From: a virus
Taxonomy: Duplodnaviria > Heunggongvirae > Uroviricota > Caudoviricetes
DNA length: 41,728 nt
Strand: one strand, 5' to 3'
IMG/VR virus record: IMGVR_UViG_3300022746_000001
Shown: positions 26,500 through 34,787 of the stretch, in pieces
Layout of the letters: every line of letters starts with the position of its first letter
Position numbering within the stretch: the stretch's first letter is position 1
Position numbers and translations under genes: made by a program
Notes under the pieces: model-generated
Seen by the model: the letters and a program-made list of their open reading frames with translations, nothing else
What the model was told of the DNA's origin: nothing
Database searches by the model: none

Positions 26500-26526
26500 G
26501 AAAAAGCCCCGCACGAGGCGAGGCTT
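26500..26526 (-). terminator. Intrinsic terminator after the tail tube gene
   Basis: AAGCCTCGC-CTCGT-GCGGGGCTT followed by TTT. Confidence 0.75.
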
Positions 26527-26541
26527 CATTCTACAACAAAG

Positions 26542-26559
26542 TCAGTCAGTTGTGACAGA
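26542..26559. promoter_or_regulatory. Operator copy TCAGTCAG-TT-GTGACAGA
   Basis: Degenerate consensus match between tube and chaperone genes. A -10-like TAGAAT lies downstream on the minus strand. Confidence 0.55.
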
Positions 26560-26575
26560 CTTTATTGAGCGTGGT

Positions 26576-27451
26576 TTAGTAACCGCCGACTGCGAACAGA
26601 CGACCGCCGTTGGCAGAGTCTGGGTAGCCGTTAAATTCCACGTTGTAGATACGCTCGTTTTCCAGCTTGTAAGCAAACTGGAGCGCACCGGAGGTAGCGG
26701 CCAGAGGAATGAAGAAGTCTTCAGACTTGTCATCAGCAGCTTTGCCAACTGGGTGCAGACGCAGCTCTTTGGCGATTGCCAACAGGTCAGTACCCACGCC
26801 GTTAGTCACGGTCACGTACTTGCTGGTTGGGTCGATACCGCCAGTCAGAGTAGCGCCAGACAGAGTCACCTTGGTGCCGGCAGTGCCTGCGCCCAGAGTG
26901 AAAGCGTTACCAGCGGCAGTCTTCTCACCAGTTGTGCCGAACACCAAGGCAGAGCCGTAGGTCACAGTCACGATGGCGCCAGATGCGCTGTATGTTGCGG
27001 CGGCCAAAGCAGGGCTTGTGGAGGCGCTCAGAACAGCAGCGAGGTTAGCGGCAGTAGCGGCCACAGAACCACCGATGGTCACTTCGTCGGCAGCGGTAGC
27101 TGTCGTTTTGAAAGTGATGGTCTTGCCGTTCACAACGATGGTGTCGTTCGCCACGACAGAACCCACAGTGATCGAACCACTAGCCACAGCACCGCCGACA
27201 GTTGTCAGGGTAGCGCCAGGCATAATGGCAACCATGTTTTCGAGAGTCGTTTCAGCCAGGGGAACCTTAGCCATAACGTCGCGACCCATGATGTATTCGT
27301 TGATCGTGGTCTTACCGAACTGATCGACGTTCACTTTGTGGGTGTCGGTTTTCACTTGAACTTCAACGCCGCCCTGGGTGTAGCCCAGATCAACGCCGTC
27401 GAAGAAAACTTGGCAAACGCCCAGTTTTACGTTTTTTGTACTAGATGACAT
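26576..27451 (-). CDS. Major tail tube protein with a 120-aa internal insertion
   Basis: KNVKLGVCQV.F.GVDLGYTQGGV.V.V.T N-terminus and ...ERIYNVEFNGYPD C-terminus. Ala/Thr/Gly-rich central domain. Confidence 0.92.
   Translation of the reverse strand: MSSSTKNVKLGVCQVFFDGVDLGYTQGGVEVQVKTDTHKVNVDQFGKTTINEYIMGRDVMAKVPLAETTLENMVAIMPGATLTTVGGAVASGSITVGSVVANDTIVVNGKTITFKTTATAADEVTIGGSVAATAANLAAVLSASTSPALAAATYSASGAIVTVTYGSALVFGTTGEKTAAGNAFTLGAGTAGTKVTLSGATLTGGIDPTSKYVTVTNGVGTDLLAIAKELRLHPVGKAADDKSEDFFIPLAATSGALQFAYKLENERIYNVEFNGYPDSANGGRLFAVGGY
26844..27219. repeat. 16-bp direct repeats GTCAG(A/G)GTAGCGCCAG at 26844-26859 and 27204-27219
   Basis: 15 of 16 identical, 360 bp apart. Both encode GATLT. 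Confidence 0.8.
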
Positions 27452-27479
27452 TCAATGCTCCTTTGCAAAGGGTGTTAAA

Positions 27480-27540
27480 TAAGTCGGTCGTGACTTACGC
27501 GCGTGGCCGCGACTATAGCACAAAAGCACCCAAAAGTCCA
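27480..27540 (-). promoter_or_regulatory. Promoter TGGACT-N17-TATAGT (27512-27540) with operator TAAGTCGG-TC-GTGACTTA (27480-27497) downstream
   Basis: Upstream of the tube gene, which has an AAGGAG RBS. Confidence 0.72.
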
Positions 27541-27543
27541 GCT

Positions 27544-28014
27544 TTACAGGTTGTCTTTGGCTACTTCAATCAAACGGTTCATCATGCGCTCACTGACTTT
27601 GTCGGCTGCGCGCTCCATAAAGCCACCCCCGACTACCTCACTTTGCGAATCTTGCTTGGCTTGAGACCAGATGCCGAGCTTCTTAAAACCGTATGGCGTG
27701 ATGTGTTGATGCGCTTCCCAGGCGTAATCACCGACGAATTTGCCTGGTCGCTCTGGCACGGGCATATCGCCGTCGATGTAGACCTCAAGGCTTTTTCGCT
27801 CGAATTGTCCAAACTGCCCTCGCCCACCACCGATTTCACGCACCTTGATAGCTTGCTCTAGGTTTCCAAACTCCAGAGGAGCCATGTCTTGCGCAAGATT
27901 CTTGATGGATTCGGCCTCACGACGCATTTGCGCTAGAACGCCACGAACAGCTTTCTCGCCGCCCTGCGACAGCAAAATCTTCAGCTCTTCAACGCCCTGA
28001 ACTTCAATACCCAT
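27544..28014 (-). CDS. HK97 gp10-like tail completion protein
   Basis: I.V.GVEEL...L...A..I...AQ.MAP.E.GNL..AI motif and position. Confidence 0.8.
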   Translation of the reverse strand: MGIEVQGVEELKILLSQGGEKAVRGVLAQMRREAESIKNLAQDMAPLEFGNLEQAIKVREIGGGRGQFGQFERKSLEVYIDGDMPVPERPGKFVGDYAWEAHQHITPYGFKKLGIWSQAKQDSQSEVVGGGFMERAADKVSERMMNRLIEVAKDNL

Positions 28015-28393
28015 TTTCGACCGTGTACGCGATTTCGTACTTCACCAACACCTCCACCAAATTGCCTTCGTTCACTGGGAACGTCACAGGTAGATGGTGT
28101 GGGCGAATGTATTTGACATTCATGTTGCCGATGACAAGCTCGTAGCCGCGCAACTTTGTCATGATGGTCTCGGCCAACGTATTGGCTTCTTCATGCTTTG
28201 GCGCGCGCACAATGACGCCGAACTCGGTTTTGTAGTAGCCAGGCAGTTCGTGGTCAATGTCTGTGCCTTGAAGTGGGCTGCGTAGCAGAATGCCCTTCTT
28301 GCACTCCAGCGGCATGGCATGGATGAAGATGGTCTTGCCTTTGGTGCCGAGATTCTCAGCCTGGAGTTTGTCTGCGATTGGTTGAAGGTTCAT
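28004..28393 (-). CDS. Tail terminator-like protein
   Basis: Size, position and Q/V-I-VRA-type beta motif (FGVIVRA). Confidence 0.7.
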   Translation of the reverse strand: MNLQPIADKLQAENLGTKGKTIFIHAMPLECKKGILLRSPLQGTDIDHELPGYYKTEFGVIVRAPKHEEANTLAETIMTKLRGYELVIGNMNVKYIRPHHLPVTFPVNEGNLVEVLVKYEIAYTVENGY

Positions 28394-28394
28394 C

Positions 28395-28739
28395 TTAGTT
28401 CCAGATCATTGCGTCCACTTCATAGTGGTCGAGCTTCCCCTGCACATCGAGGCGCGGGAATTTGGAGATGATTTTCAGACTGTAGCCAGAGACGTGAATA
28501 ATGTCGTCAATGTTGGCTGCTGTCTTTGGAGTCAATAGAAATTTTGAATCTGCGTGCAGTTCGCGTGCGGAGCCGCGCGACGCAGAGGTGTCCGCACGAA
28601 CGGCAGACTTCACGTTGCGCAAATCCAGCTTAACCATAGCGCAGCGCTCACGAACTAATCGTGATGGCAATGGTTGGCCGTAAACGTCCGTCTCGCCGTT
28701 AGCGACTTCGATTGTGCAGTCGATATTAGGCTTGAACAT
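28395..28739 (-). CDS. Head closure / stopper-like protein
   Basis: TDVYGQP N-terminus, HYEV C-terminus and position. Confidence 0.7.
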   Translation of the reverse strand: MFKPNIDCTIEVANGETDVYGQPLPSRLVRERCAMVKLDLRNVKSAVRADTSASRGSARELHADSKFLLTPKTAANIDDIIHVSGYSLKIISKFPRLDVQGKLDHYEVDAMIWN

Positions 28740-29400
28740 ACATCTCTACCTTTGCGCTTGCGTTGAAATGGAAGATCGAACGCTCTAACGACGCAAACGA
28801 TGGATACTCGGTGCTGTCGCCAGAGATGGAGAAAACCAGTCCGTAATTAGCGTGAGTTGGATCGTCGTATGAAACCGTTGCGAGGTCGGTTGTCCATGAA
28901 ATCTGCTCCATGCGAGCTGACAGCCACAGACGGTATGCGAAGTCTCGCGTCATGCCACGCACGTAGTCGGCTGCTTTGTACTTGCGTCCGCTAGAAGTCT
29001 CGACAGAGAACTCCGGTGTCGCCAGTTTCTTTTGCAGCAACAGACCGATGCCACCATGAGCGTTTTTCACGCTCTTGAGGGCGTCTTGGTGAACGCCCTT
29101 CATACGACCGATCAAGGTGCTGATATTTTGACTTGTGACCATAGCAAGCTCGTTCATGAGTGTCACAGACTGCTCTGTGCTGTCGCCATTCTCAAGCTGT
29201 GCTACGTATGCGGTAATTGACTTTGAGGCGCTACTTAAGTACGTATCTCGCACATCGGCAACATCAGCCTTCAAGTCGTTGACCATTTTGGGAGTGACTT
29301 CAGCGCCAGGCGCCATAGCACTCAAATAGCGTCCCGCAAGCGCAAAAAGGAACACATCGTATTCCTTCTTCATTTGCGCGCCGAAGTCGTCGTAAATCAT
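28726..29400 (-). CDS. Hypothetical head-associated protein
   Basis: Co-oriented ORF with overlapping junctions and no clear motif. Confidence 0.7.
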   Translation of the reverse strand: MIYDDFGAQMKKEYDVFLFALAGRYLSAMAPGAEVTPKMVNDLKADVADVRDTYLSSASKSITAYVAQLENGDSTEQSVTLMNELAMVTSQNISTLIGRMKGVHQDALKSVKNAHGGIGLLLQKKLATPEFSVETSSGRKYKAADYVRGMTRDFAYRLWLSARMEQISWTTDLATVSYDDPTHANYGLVFSISGDSTEYPSFASLERSIFHFNASAKVEMYVQA

Positions 29401-30242
29401 CCTGAGCGTCCAATGCGTTTGTTGAATGTGACGAAGTAGCTCAAGTAGCCCAACGCGCGACGACAGATTGGCAGATGCAGCGCTTTGGTGCTTCGAAACA
29501 TCTGGCGGCTCTCACCGATAGAGTCCAGAATCAGTCCAGCTTGTCGCTTCTCTTCGTAAGGGTCGCCACCCAGAATGTTGTTTGCTTCCACAACCTGAGC
29601 TTGGCGCAAAGCCTTCTTGAAGCGCTCTGGCAGATTGTTGAATTGAGCAGCGTTCAAGATTGCCAAGTTACCGTTGAAGATAAACAGGCTGTTGCGCGCC
29701 ACGTAGGACGACTGGTACTGACCTTCCGGCACGTACTGCAAAGAGTCTTGGCCGAAGTTAACATTCGAGTTCAGCAGGTTGAAGTTGAGTTGGACGATAT
29801 GCTCACGCGCATCAATCATCGCTGCCACTTGCTCCGCATCGCTTGCCGCATCCCAGGCACTGAGATTCGGAATGTCGAGCGCCGTCAATTGAGCTTGCGA
29901 GAAGGTTTGAAACGAGTTCACGCCAGTTTGCAGCGGCTGTGTCGATTCGAGACCATACGACTGAGACATGACCACCGTGTTGCCATCTGTGACGCAGTAG
30001 AGTTCGACGTTGCGAATCTCGCGCGTGGCCCCAGTGGCAATCACGTTAAGCGCGGCGGGAACCTGAATGGTTGCCTCGGTGTCGCCGTTAGCTACAGCCA
30101 CGTCAGTCGGAGCCACCAGTTCGGTGTCAGCCTGATTGGTAACGCGATACTTCGCCGAGGTGACGGTGATAGCGTTGCCGGCGGCATCCGTGAACGGAAT
30201 GACGACCGAAACGTCCGTGTTGTTCAGGTAAACCGCCGTCAT
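29397..30242 (-). CDS. Head-tail adaptor-like protein with N-terminal beta domain
   Basis: GVNSFQT...A, KKALRQAQV..A and SIGES C-terminal motif typical of adaptors. Confidence 0.75.
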   Translation of the reverse strand: MTAVYLNNTDVSVVIPFTDAAGNAITVTSAKYRVTNQADTELVAPTDVAVANGDTEATIQVPAALNVIATGATREIRNVELYCVTDGNTVVMSQSYGLESTQPLQTGVNSFQTFSQAQLTALDIPNLSAWDAASDAEQVAAMIDAREHIVQLNFNLLNSNVNFGQDSLQYVPEGQYQSSYVARNSLFIFNGNLAILNAAQFNNLPERFKKALRQAQVVEANNILGGDPYEEKRQAGLILDSIGESRQMFRSTKALHLPICRRALGYLSYFVTFNKRIGRSG

Positions 30243-30245
30243 TGC

Positions 30246-30746
30246 TTACTCCTTCGATGCCGTGTTGCCCTGAGCTTTCAGGATGGCTTCGATGATGCCG
30301 ACAATAGAAGTGCCCTTCACGCCCATCGGTTCGCCAACTTCACGCAAGCCGTTGATACCTTTTGTGTCCGCAATGTCGGACAGCTCTTGGTACGTGTAGA
30401 CTTTGACTTCAGTGGTGATGCCTTCGGTGGTTGGCTTCTCTTCTGTTTGCTTTGCCTCGGTCTTCTTTTGAGACTTTGCTTTGACAGGAGCTTCTTCGCC
30501 CTCTACAGGCATTGACATGCTGTTAATGTCGTCGCCGCCAACGAATGCTGGAGAGTGCATGTTATTGAGGTACATCTCGCCGACGTTAGCGGCGGTGCCG
30601 TCTTCCCACTCTGCGCCCAAGGCGGCAGAGATACGAATCGCGTCGATTGGGAGAACGTCACTTTCGGACAGGCCGTCCTTGAACATCACTACACCCATCT
30701 GTCCGGTGTAGGTCTCAAAGCCAGCTTGGGTCAGTCGTAATTTCAT
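30246..30746 (-). CDS. Hypothetical virion protein; C-terminal HeH-like segment
   Basis: N-terminus is paralogous to 30756-31025. C-terminal YTYQEL.DIAD.KGINGLRE.....GVKG..I..II.AIL. Confidence 0.75.
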   Translation of the reverse strand: MKLRLTQAGFETYTGQMGVVMFKDGLSESDVLPIDAIRISAALGAEWEDGTAANVGEMYLNNMHSPAFVGGDDINSMSMPVEGEEAPVKAKSQKKTEAKQTEEKPTTEGITTEVKVYTYQELSDIADTKGINGLREVGEPMGVKGTSIVGIIEAILKAQGNTASKE

Positions 30747-30755
30747 AGCGACTCC

Positions 30756-31025
30756 TTAGTCTGTCTCTGGCGTGTTGTTGGTTTGATCTACAACCTCTTT
30801 GCCGGCAGCTTCATCAGTCTTTTCGTCCGATGTTTCTTCGGTGACTTCTTTGCTGGACACTTCGGTGACTTCGCCGTCGTCGATTGTCTCGATCAGATAC
30901 AGGCCACCAATGGTGTCTGCTTCCAGTTTGCTGACGTGGCCTTTAGAGATGCCATTCTCAAATTCGACGTTAGCGATCGAACCTGTGAAGGACTCGAAGC
31001 CCTGTTGAGTAATCATGATTTGCAT
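30756..31025 (-). CDS. Hypothetical protein, paralogue of the downstream gene, with acidic tail
   Basis: MQIMITQQGFESFTG vs MKLRLTQAGFETYTG. GGAAGG RBS before ATG 31025. Confidence 0.75.
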   Translation of the reverse strand: MQIMITQQGFESFTGSIANVEFENGISKGHVSKLEADTIGGLYLIETIDDGEVTEVSSKEVTEETSDEKTDEAAGKEVVDQTNNTPETD

Positions 31026-31042
31026 ATTTCTTCCTTCCAATG

Positions 31043-31070
31043 AAAAAGGGTGGGTCTTTTGAACCCACCC
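31043..31070 (-). terminator. Intrinsic terminator after the major capsid gene
   Basis: GGGTGGGT-TCAAAAG-ACCCACCC followed by TTTTT. Confidence 0.85.
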
Positions 31071-31071
31071 C

Positions 31072-31100
31072 ATTCTAAGTCAGTTGTGACTTACCCGCAA
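31072..31100 (-). promoter_or_regulatory. Promoter TTGCGG-N17-TAGAAT with operator TAAGTCAG-TT-GTGACTTA (31076-31093) in the spacer
   Basis: Read from the sequence. Confidence 0.72.
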
Positions 31101-31103
31101 GGC

Positions 31104-32015
31104 TTAGATGTTTGTCACACCTTTGAGACGAGCGATCGAACGGCTCGACTTCAATGCCAAACCTGTATACCACTTGAGGCGGATACGGGTTGCGTCTTTG
31201 TTTTGCACAGTGCCGATGTTCTCGACCACGATGCCAGCGTCATTGCCGCCGTACAGACCGTGCAAACCATCCAACTCGTTCAAGCGCAGTGCGTACACTG
31301 AGCAAGTGTCGGTGTTGGTGCCTTGGTCTTCGCCGCCATCCAGGAACTCGTTCATGATGACTGGGATGCCGTTGTGAGTCAGCATTGGGCGACCGAAGTT
31401 TTCCAACTGTTGCATCACAGCGTCAGTACCGTAAGTTGCGCGCAGCAAGCCACGGAATGCGCGGATTGTGCCGCGTCGCATCACGATCACGTCAGCACCG
31501 TTAGGCACTGCGTCGCACAACTGATCCAACATCGACAAAGTCAATGCGTTACCGTTAGTGCCGGCAGACACCAACTGAGTATTAGGAGCAGCGGCGGCCA
31601 GAGTTGGCAGACCGTCGAAGGCTTTAGGGTTCACGCTGGAATCACCAGTAGCCAGGGTTTGATGGAAAGCACGAGCCACAGCTTTGGCCTTCTTAGCGAT
31701 TTGGATCGCCATTTGGTCATTGGTGTCGCCCATTGTGGTTTGCAGGAACTTGTCCACGTCCACATCGCCAGCCAGGATACGCAGCTTGGCAACAACTTCA
31801 GTGAAGGTTGCGGCGCTTTCGTTCACAGCGTCGTTAGGGTCGAGGAAGTCAGCAGAACCGAGAGTGTTTTCACGGTTGTAGACGTATGCTTTGCCGTTCA
31901 CGCCGGTGAATGGGAGCACAGAGAACAGGTCATCGCGTTCGATGATCTGGTCGATCACGCCAGAGACGAGCTGGTTGTTACTCAGCTTCTCGGCTTCAGC
32001 TTTCAGAAGAGCCAT
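31104..32015 (-). CDS. Major capsid protein (HK97 fold)
   Basis: Follows the scaffold gene and precedes a strong terminator. AEAEKLSNN...KLRILAGDVDVDKFL...GIVVENIGTVQNKDA.R.R.KWY closely recalls SSU5-like capsids. Confidence 0.95.
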   Translation of the reverse strand: MALLKAEAEKLSNNQLVSGVIDQIIERDDLFSVLPFTGVNGKAYVYNRENTLGSADFLDPNDAVNESAATFTEVVAKLRILAGDVDVDKFLQTTMGDTNDQMAIQIAKKAKAVARAFHQTLATGDSSVNPKAFDGLPTLAAAAPNTQLVSAGTNGNALTLSMLDQLCDAVPNGADVIVMRRGTIRAFRGLLRATYGTDAVMQQLENFGRPMLTHNGIPVIMNEFLDGGEDQGTNTDTCSVYALRLNELDGLHGLYGGNDAGIVVENIGTVQNKDATRIRLKWYTGLALKSSRSIARLKGVTNI

Positions 32016-32086
32016 TTAATGTCCTTTCAGTGGAGACGAATTGATAATTCGGTACTCAAGTCGCTCTAAGTCACCGATGGGGCATG

Positions 32087-32130
32087 ACTGTAGCACAAAA
32101 TGCCACAGAAAGCAAGTCACCCGTGACTTA
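32087..32130 (-). promoter_or_regulatory. Promoter TTGCTT-N17-TACAGT with operator CAAGTCAC-CC-GTGACTTA (32113-32130) overlapping the -35
   Basis: Upstream of the major capsid gene. Confidence 0.78.
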
Positions 32131-32136
32131 TTTTAT

Positions 32137-33033
32137 TTAAGCGACTTTAAGACCCTTCAAACCGCTGGCAATTTTCGAAATGCCGTCGATATTTGTATCA
32201 GTTTTCACTGAGCCGACAGGTTTCTTGGATTCCGATGCGGCGCCCTGCTTCATTTTGCTCTTGAGCAAATGATCTTTCTCAGGGTCTGCTTCAACGATCT
32301 TCTTCAGCGCGTCTTCAAAGCCTACTGGCGAGCCGTACTGATCGACCATTGCGGTGCGGTTGGCGGCGCCGCGAGGCTTGTCAAAGCCCACTACTTTGCC
32401 GTCCACCAGATCGAAGTGATCGCCATAGATGACGCGCGCCTTTGCAGGTGTCAGCGTCAATTCATCGGCGATGAATGTCGATTGGCTAAATTGGCTTCCG
32501 ATGCTCAGGTCGTTCATTGCGCTGGTCTTTTGATTCAACTCGCTCTTCAAGGCGTCGAGCTGTTCTTGCAGCGTTTTCACTTCCTTACCATGTTCCTCGG
32601 CCATGCGAGTCTTGAGGCGATCCCAATCACCAGCGGCTGCAAGAGCTTTCTCTTCGGCGGTCTTCTTCTCCGAGAGAAGTTTGCGCACTTCGTCGGCGTT
32701 CACGCCGTCAAATGCCTTGAGCAGTTCTTGAGCTTTGCTGAGTTCGGCGTTGGCTTTATCCAGCGCTTCCTTCTTCTTCATATTCTCTTTGAGAAGACGG
32801 GCCTCTTCATCACTTGGCTTTTTGCCCCCTTTGGCTGCTTCATCGGCTGCGGCTTTATCGGCTGCTGCCTTATCTGCGGCTGCTTTTGCGGCTTCTGCAT
32901 CTGCGGCTGCTTTAGCTGCTGCTGCGGCTGCGGCTGCGGCGTCATCACCACCAGCGCTACCGCCACCACCTGCACCGCCATCATCTCCTTGGGGAGCCAT
33001 GTATTTCAAAAATACGTTTCGAGTTACAAACAT
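32137..33033 (-). CDS. Capsid scaffolding protein
   Basis: Gly/Ala-rich N-terminus, long coiled coil, position between portal and capsid. Confidence 0.88.
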   Translation of the reverse strand: MFVTRNVFLKYMAPQGDDGGAGGGGSAGGDDAAAAAAAAAKAAADAEAAKAAADKAAADKAAADEAAKGGKKPSDEEARLLKENMKKKEALDKANAELSKAQELLKAFDGVNADEVRKLLSEKKTAEEKALAAAGDWDRLKTRMAEEHGKEVKTLQEQLDALKSELNQKTSAMNDLSIGSQFSQSTFIADELTLTPAKARVIYGDHFDLVDGKVVGFDKPRGAANRTAMVDQYGSPVGFEDALKKIVEADPEKDHLLKSKMKQGAASESKKPVGSVKTDTNIDGISKIASGLKGLKVA

Positions 33034-33108
33034 CTGTCACCTTTCTGACCGTTCGCTTGGTCATTGAGTTGTTAATGGAACGACAAGTCGCTATGTCGTT
33101 CCGAGGGT

Positions 33109-34746
33109 TTAAGGCTTATTGTTTTGGCCTTGCTTACTAGCCTTCGGATCGTTCTTGACTTGAAGGTTTCCCTTCGTGTTGCCGCCTTGACTTAGGGTCT
33201 CTTGAGACCCTGTAGTTGGGACAGCTTCAAGAGGATCGGTAGGCCAATCTTTGAGAGCTTTTTCCATCTTCGCTCGGGCCGATTTCTCGATCTGAGGGAA
33301 GAGCTTGTCCAGCACGGACTTCATCTGTTCCTGGCGCACGGTCTCTGGTGCGTCAATCAGCATGAGGCGAGCTGCAATATCGAACTCATCGTAGAGTCCA
33401 CGAGTGTCGAAGTCATCTGGGTAGGACACGAGGTCTTCCGCAGATTCAGGCTTCTCACCGTGCCACAGAGCTACGATTTGCGCGATCTTGTTTTCAATGA
33501 CTTCCAGGCTGTCCGCTTTGGCAGCCAGAAGTGCATTCACGCGCTCGAAGTCAAAAGCCTTCGCAACGCCTGAACTGTTGTCGATTCCCACTGCGTTGTC
33601 TTGCTTGGTGCGTTCGCCTGCCAAGCCGACAGTGTGGTAAATCTCGTTAATGATCTTGTTGATGGCGGCCAGAATCATCTGGGCCTGCTTTGGGTCTGGC
33701 GACAGGTAGAACGGAGCTGCGCCGCCCTCGCCGTCGTACAAGAAGATGCGCTTGGTGCCCATCTCTGTCAGTTTGGTGTAGTTGTCTTCGCCTGGCAGCA
33801 CGTTCTGAGCTGGCATCGCCAGTTGCGAGAACGTCTGATCTTGAATGATGGCGTCCAGGTTTGACAGGTAGTTCGCTACCGCGCGGTCGAGGTAGGCAAT
33901 GTCGTCAATCAACGATTGCGCACCGTACTCTTCGTCCGAAATCACGTTGTCGGCTAACACGACTGGCACGACGCCCAAGCCATGAACGCCGCTACCGATG
34001 AGCTTGACCACTTTCTTGCGGCCTTCTTTAACCTCTTCGTAGAGCGACCAGTCGTTCTTTGTCCACAGGCGGAATCGTTCGATTTCATCGCCAGATGACT
34101 CTAAGGGGTCAGCATCGTCGCGCTCACACTCTTGAATCAATGCCCACATCAGCTCGCCTTGATCGTCAAAAGCGTAGTCCAGCAATTGCTCTGGGCCGAC
34201 GATGTAGGCGTAAGTGCGCGCGCCAGCCTTCTTCTCGTCTGCTTTTGAGACAATTGGCTGACCGCTGGTCTTGTTGTCGATCACGATACCGATGCGGCCG
34301 TAAATCGAAGTCTTCTTTGAAATCTGACGCGACAGGTCTTTGATACCCAAGCCATTGAGTGTGGCCTTCTTCCAGAAGCGCTTTAGCGCCTCGGGCGCGT
34401 CTTTCTCGTTGCGTTGGACGTTTTGCTTGAACAGGTACTTGTTCAGCAAGTCCACCACTTCACGCGAGTGGTTGAATCGGTAGGCGCGAGCCAAGCGATC
34501 TGCAAATTCGGTGTCACCTTCCTTGATGTAGCGGAAGATGTTCTCTTTGAACCACTCGCGGCCACCTTCGTAGGTGTCTTCGAGGAAGTCCCAGTGATCG
34601 ACGTTCTCAGCGTACTCAGGATGGCGGCGCTCAATCAAGCGGCGCAATTTCTTTTGGTCGTCAGTCAGCGGTGCGGTTCCGGCAGACGCAAGCGCGTCCT
34701 TCGGGTCAACCGACATGCTTTGATTGGGTTTCAATTGAAATGACAT
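33109..34746 (-). CDS. Portal protein
   Basis: 545 aa directly after TerL. HPEY...W.FL.D.YEGG, HGLGVVPVV and SGVAK.FD motifs. Confidence 0.93.
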   Translation of the reverse strand: MSFQLKPNQSMSVDPKDALASAGTAPLTDDQKKLRRLIERRHPEYAENVDHWDFLEDTYEGGREWFKENIFRYIKEGDTEFADRLARAYRFNHSREVVDLLNKYLFKQNVQRNEKDAPEALKRFWKKATLNGLGIKDLSRQISKKTSIYGRIGIVIDNKTSGQPIVSKADEKKAGARTYAYIVGPEQLLDYAFDDQGELMWALIQECERDDADPLESSGDEIERFRLWTKNDWSLYEEVKEGRKKVVKLIGSGVHGLGVVPVVLADNVISDEEYGAQSLIDDIAYLDRAVANYLSNLDAIIQDQTFSQLAMPAQNVLPGEDNYTKLTEMGTKRIFLYDGEGGAAPFYLSPDPKQAQMILAAINKIINEIYHTVGLAGERTKQDNAVGIDNSSGVAKAFDFERVNALLAAKADSLEVIENKIAQIVALWHGEKPESAEDLVSYPDDFDTRGLYDEFDIAARLMLIDAPETVRQEQMKSVLDKLFPQIEKSARAKMEKALKDWPTDPLEAVPTTGSQETLSQGGNTKGNLQVKNDPKASKQGQNNKP

Positions 34747-34754
34747 GGGTGCCT

Positions 34755-34783
34755 ATCTTATATGTCAGTGGTGACTTAGTCAA
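34755..34783 (-). promoter_or_regulatory. Promoter TTGACT-N17-TAAGAT with operator TATGTCAG-TG-GTGACTTA (34761-34778) in the spacer
   Basis: The -10 lies 8 nt before the portal ATG. Confidence 0.75.
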
Positions 34784-34787
34784 GCGA

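Noticed and set aside
32058-32090. Extra operator half-sites in the capsid leader (TAAGTCAC, CAAGTCGC)
   Set aside because: No correctly spaced partner half-site, so not counted as full operators.
33046-33102. Hairpins upstream of the scaffold gene (GGAACGACA/TGTCGTTCC; TGACC/GGTCA)
   Set aside because: The inverted repeats are real but there is no U-tract on the coding strand. Function cannot be supported.
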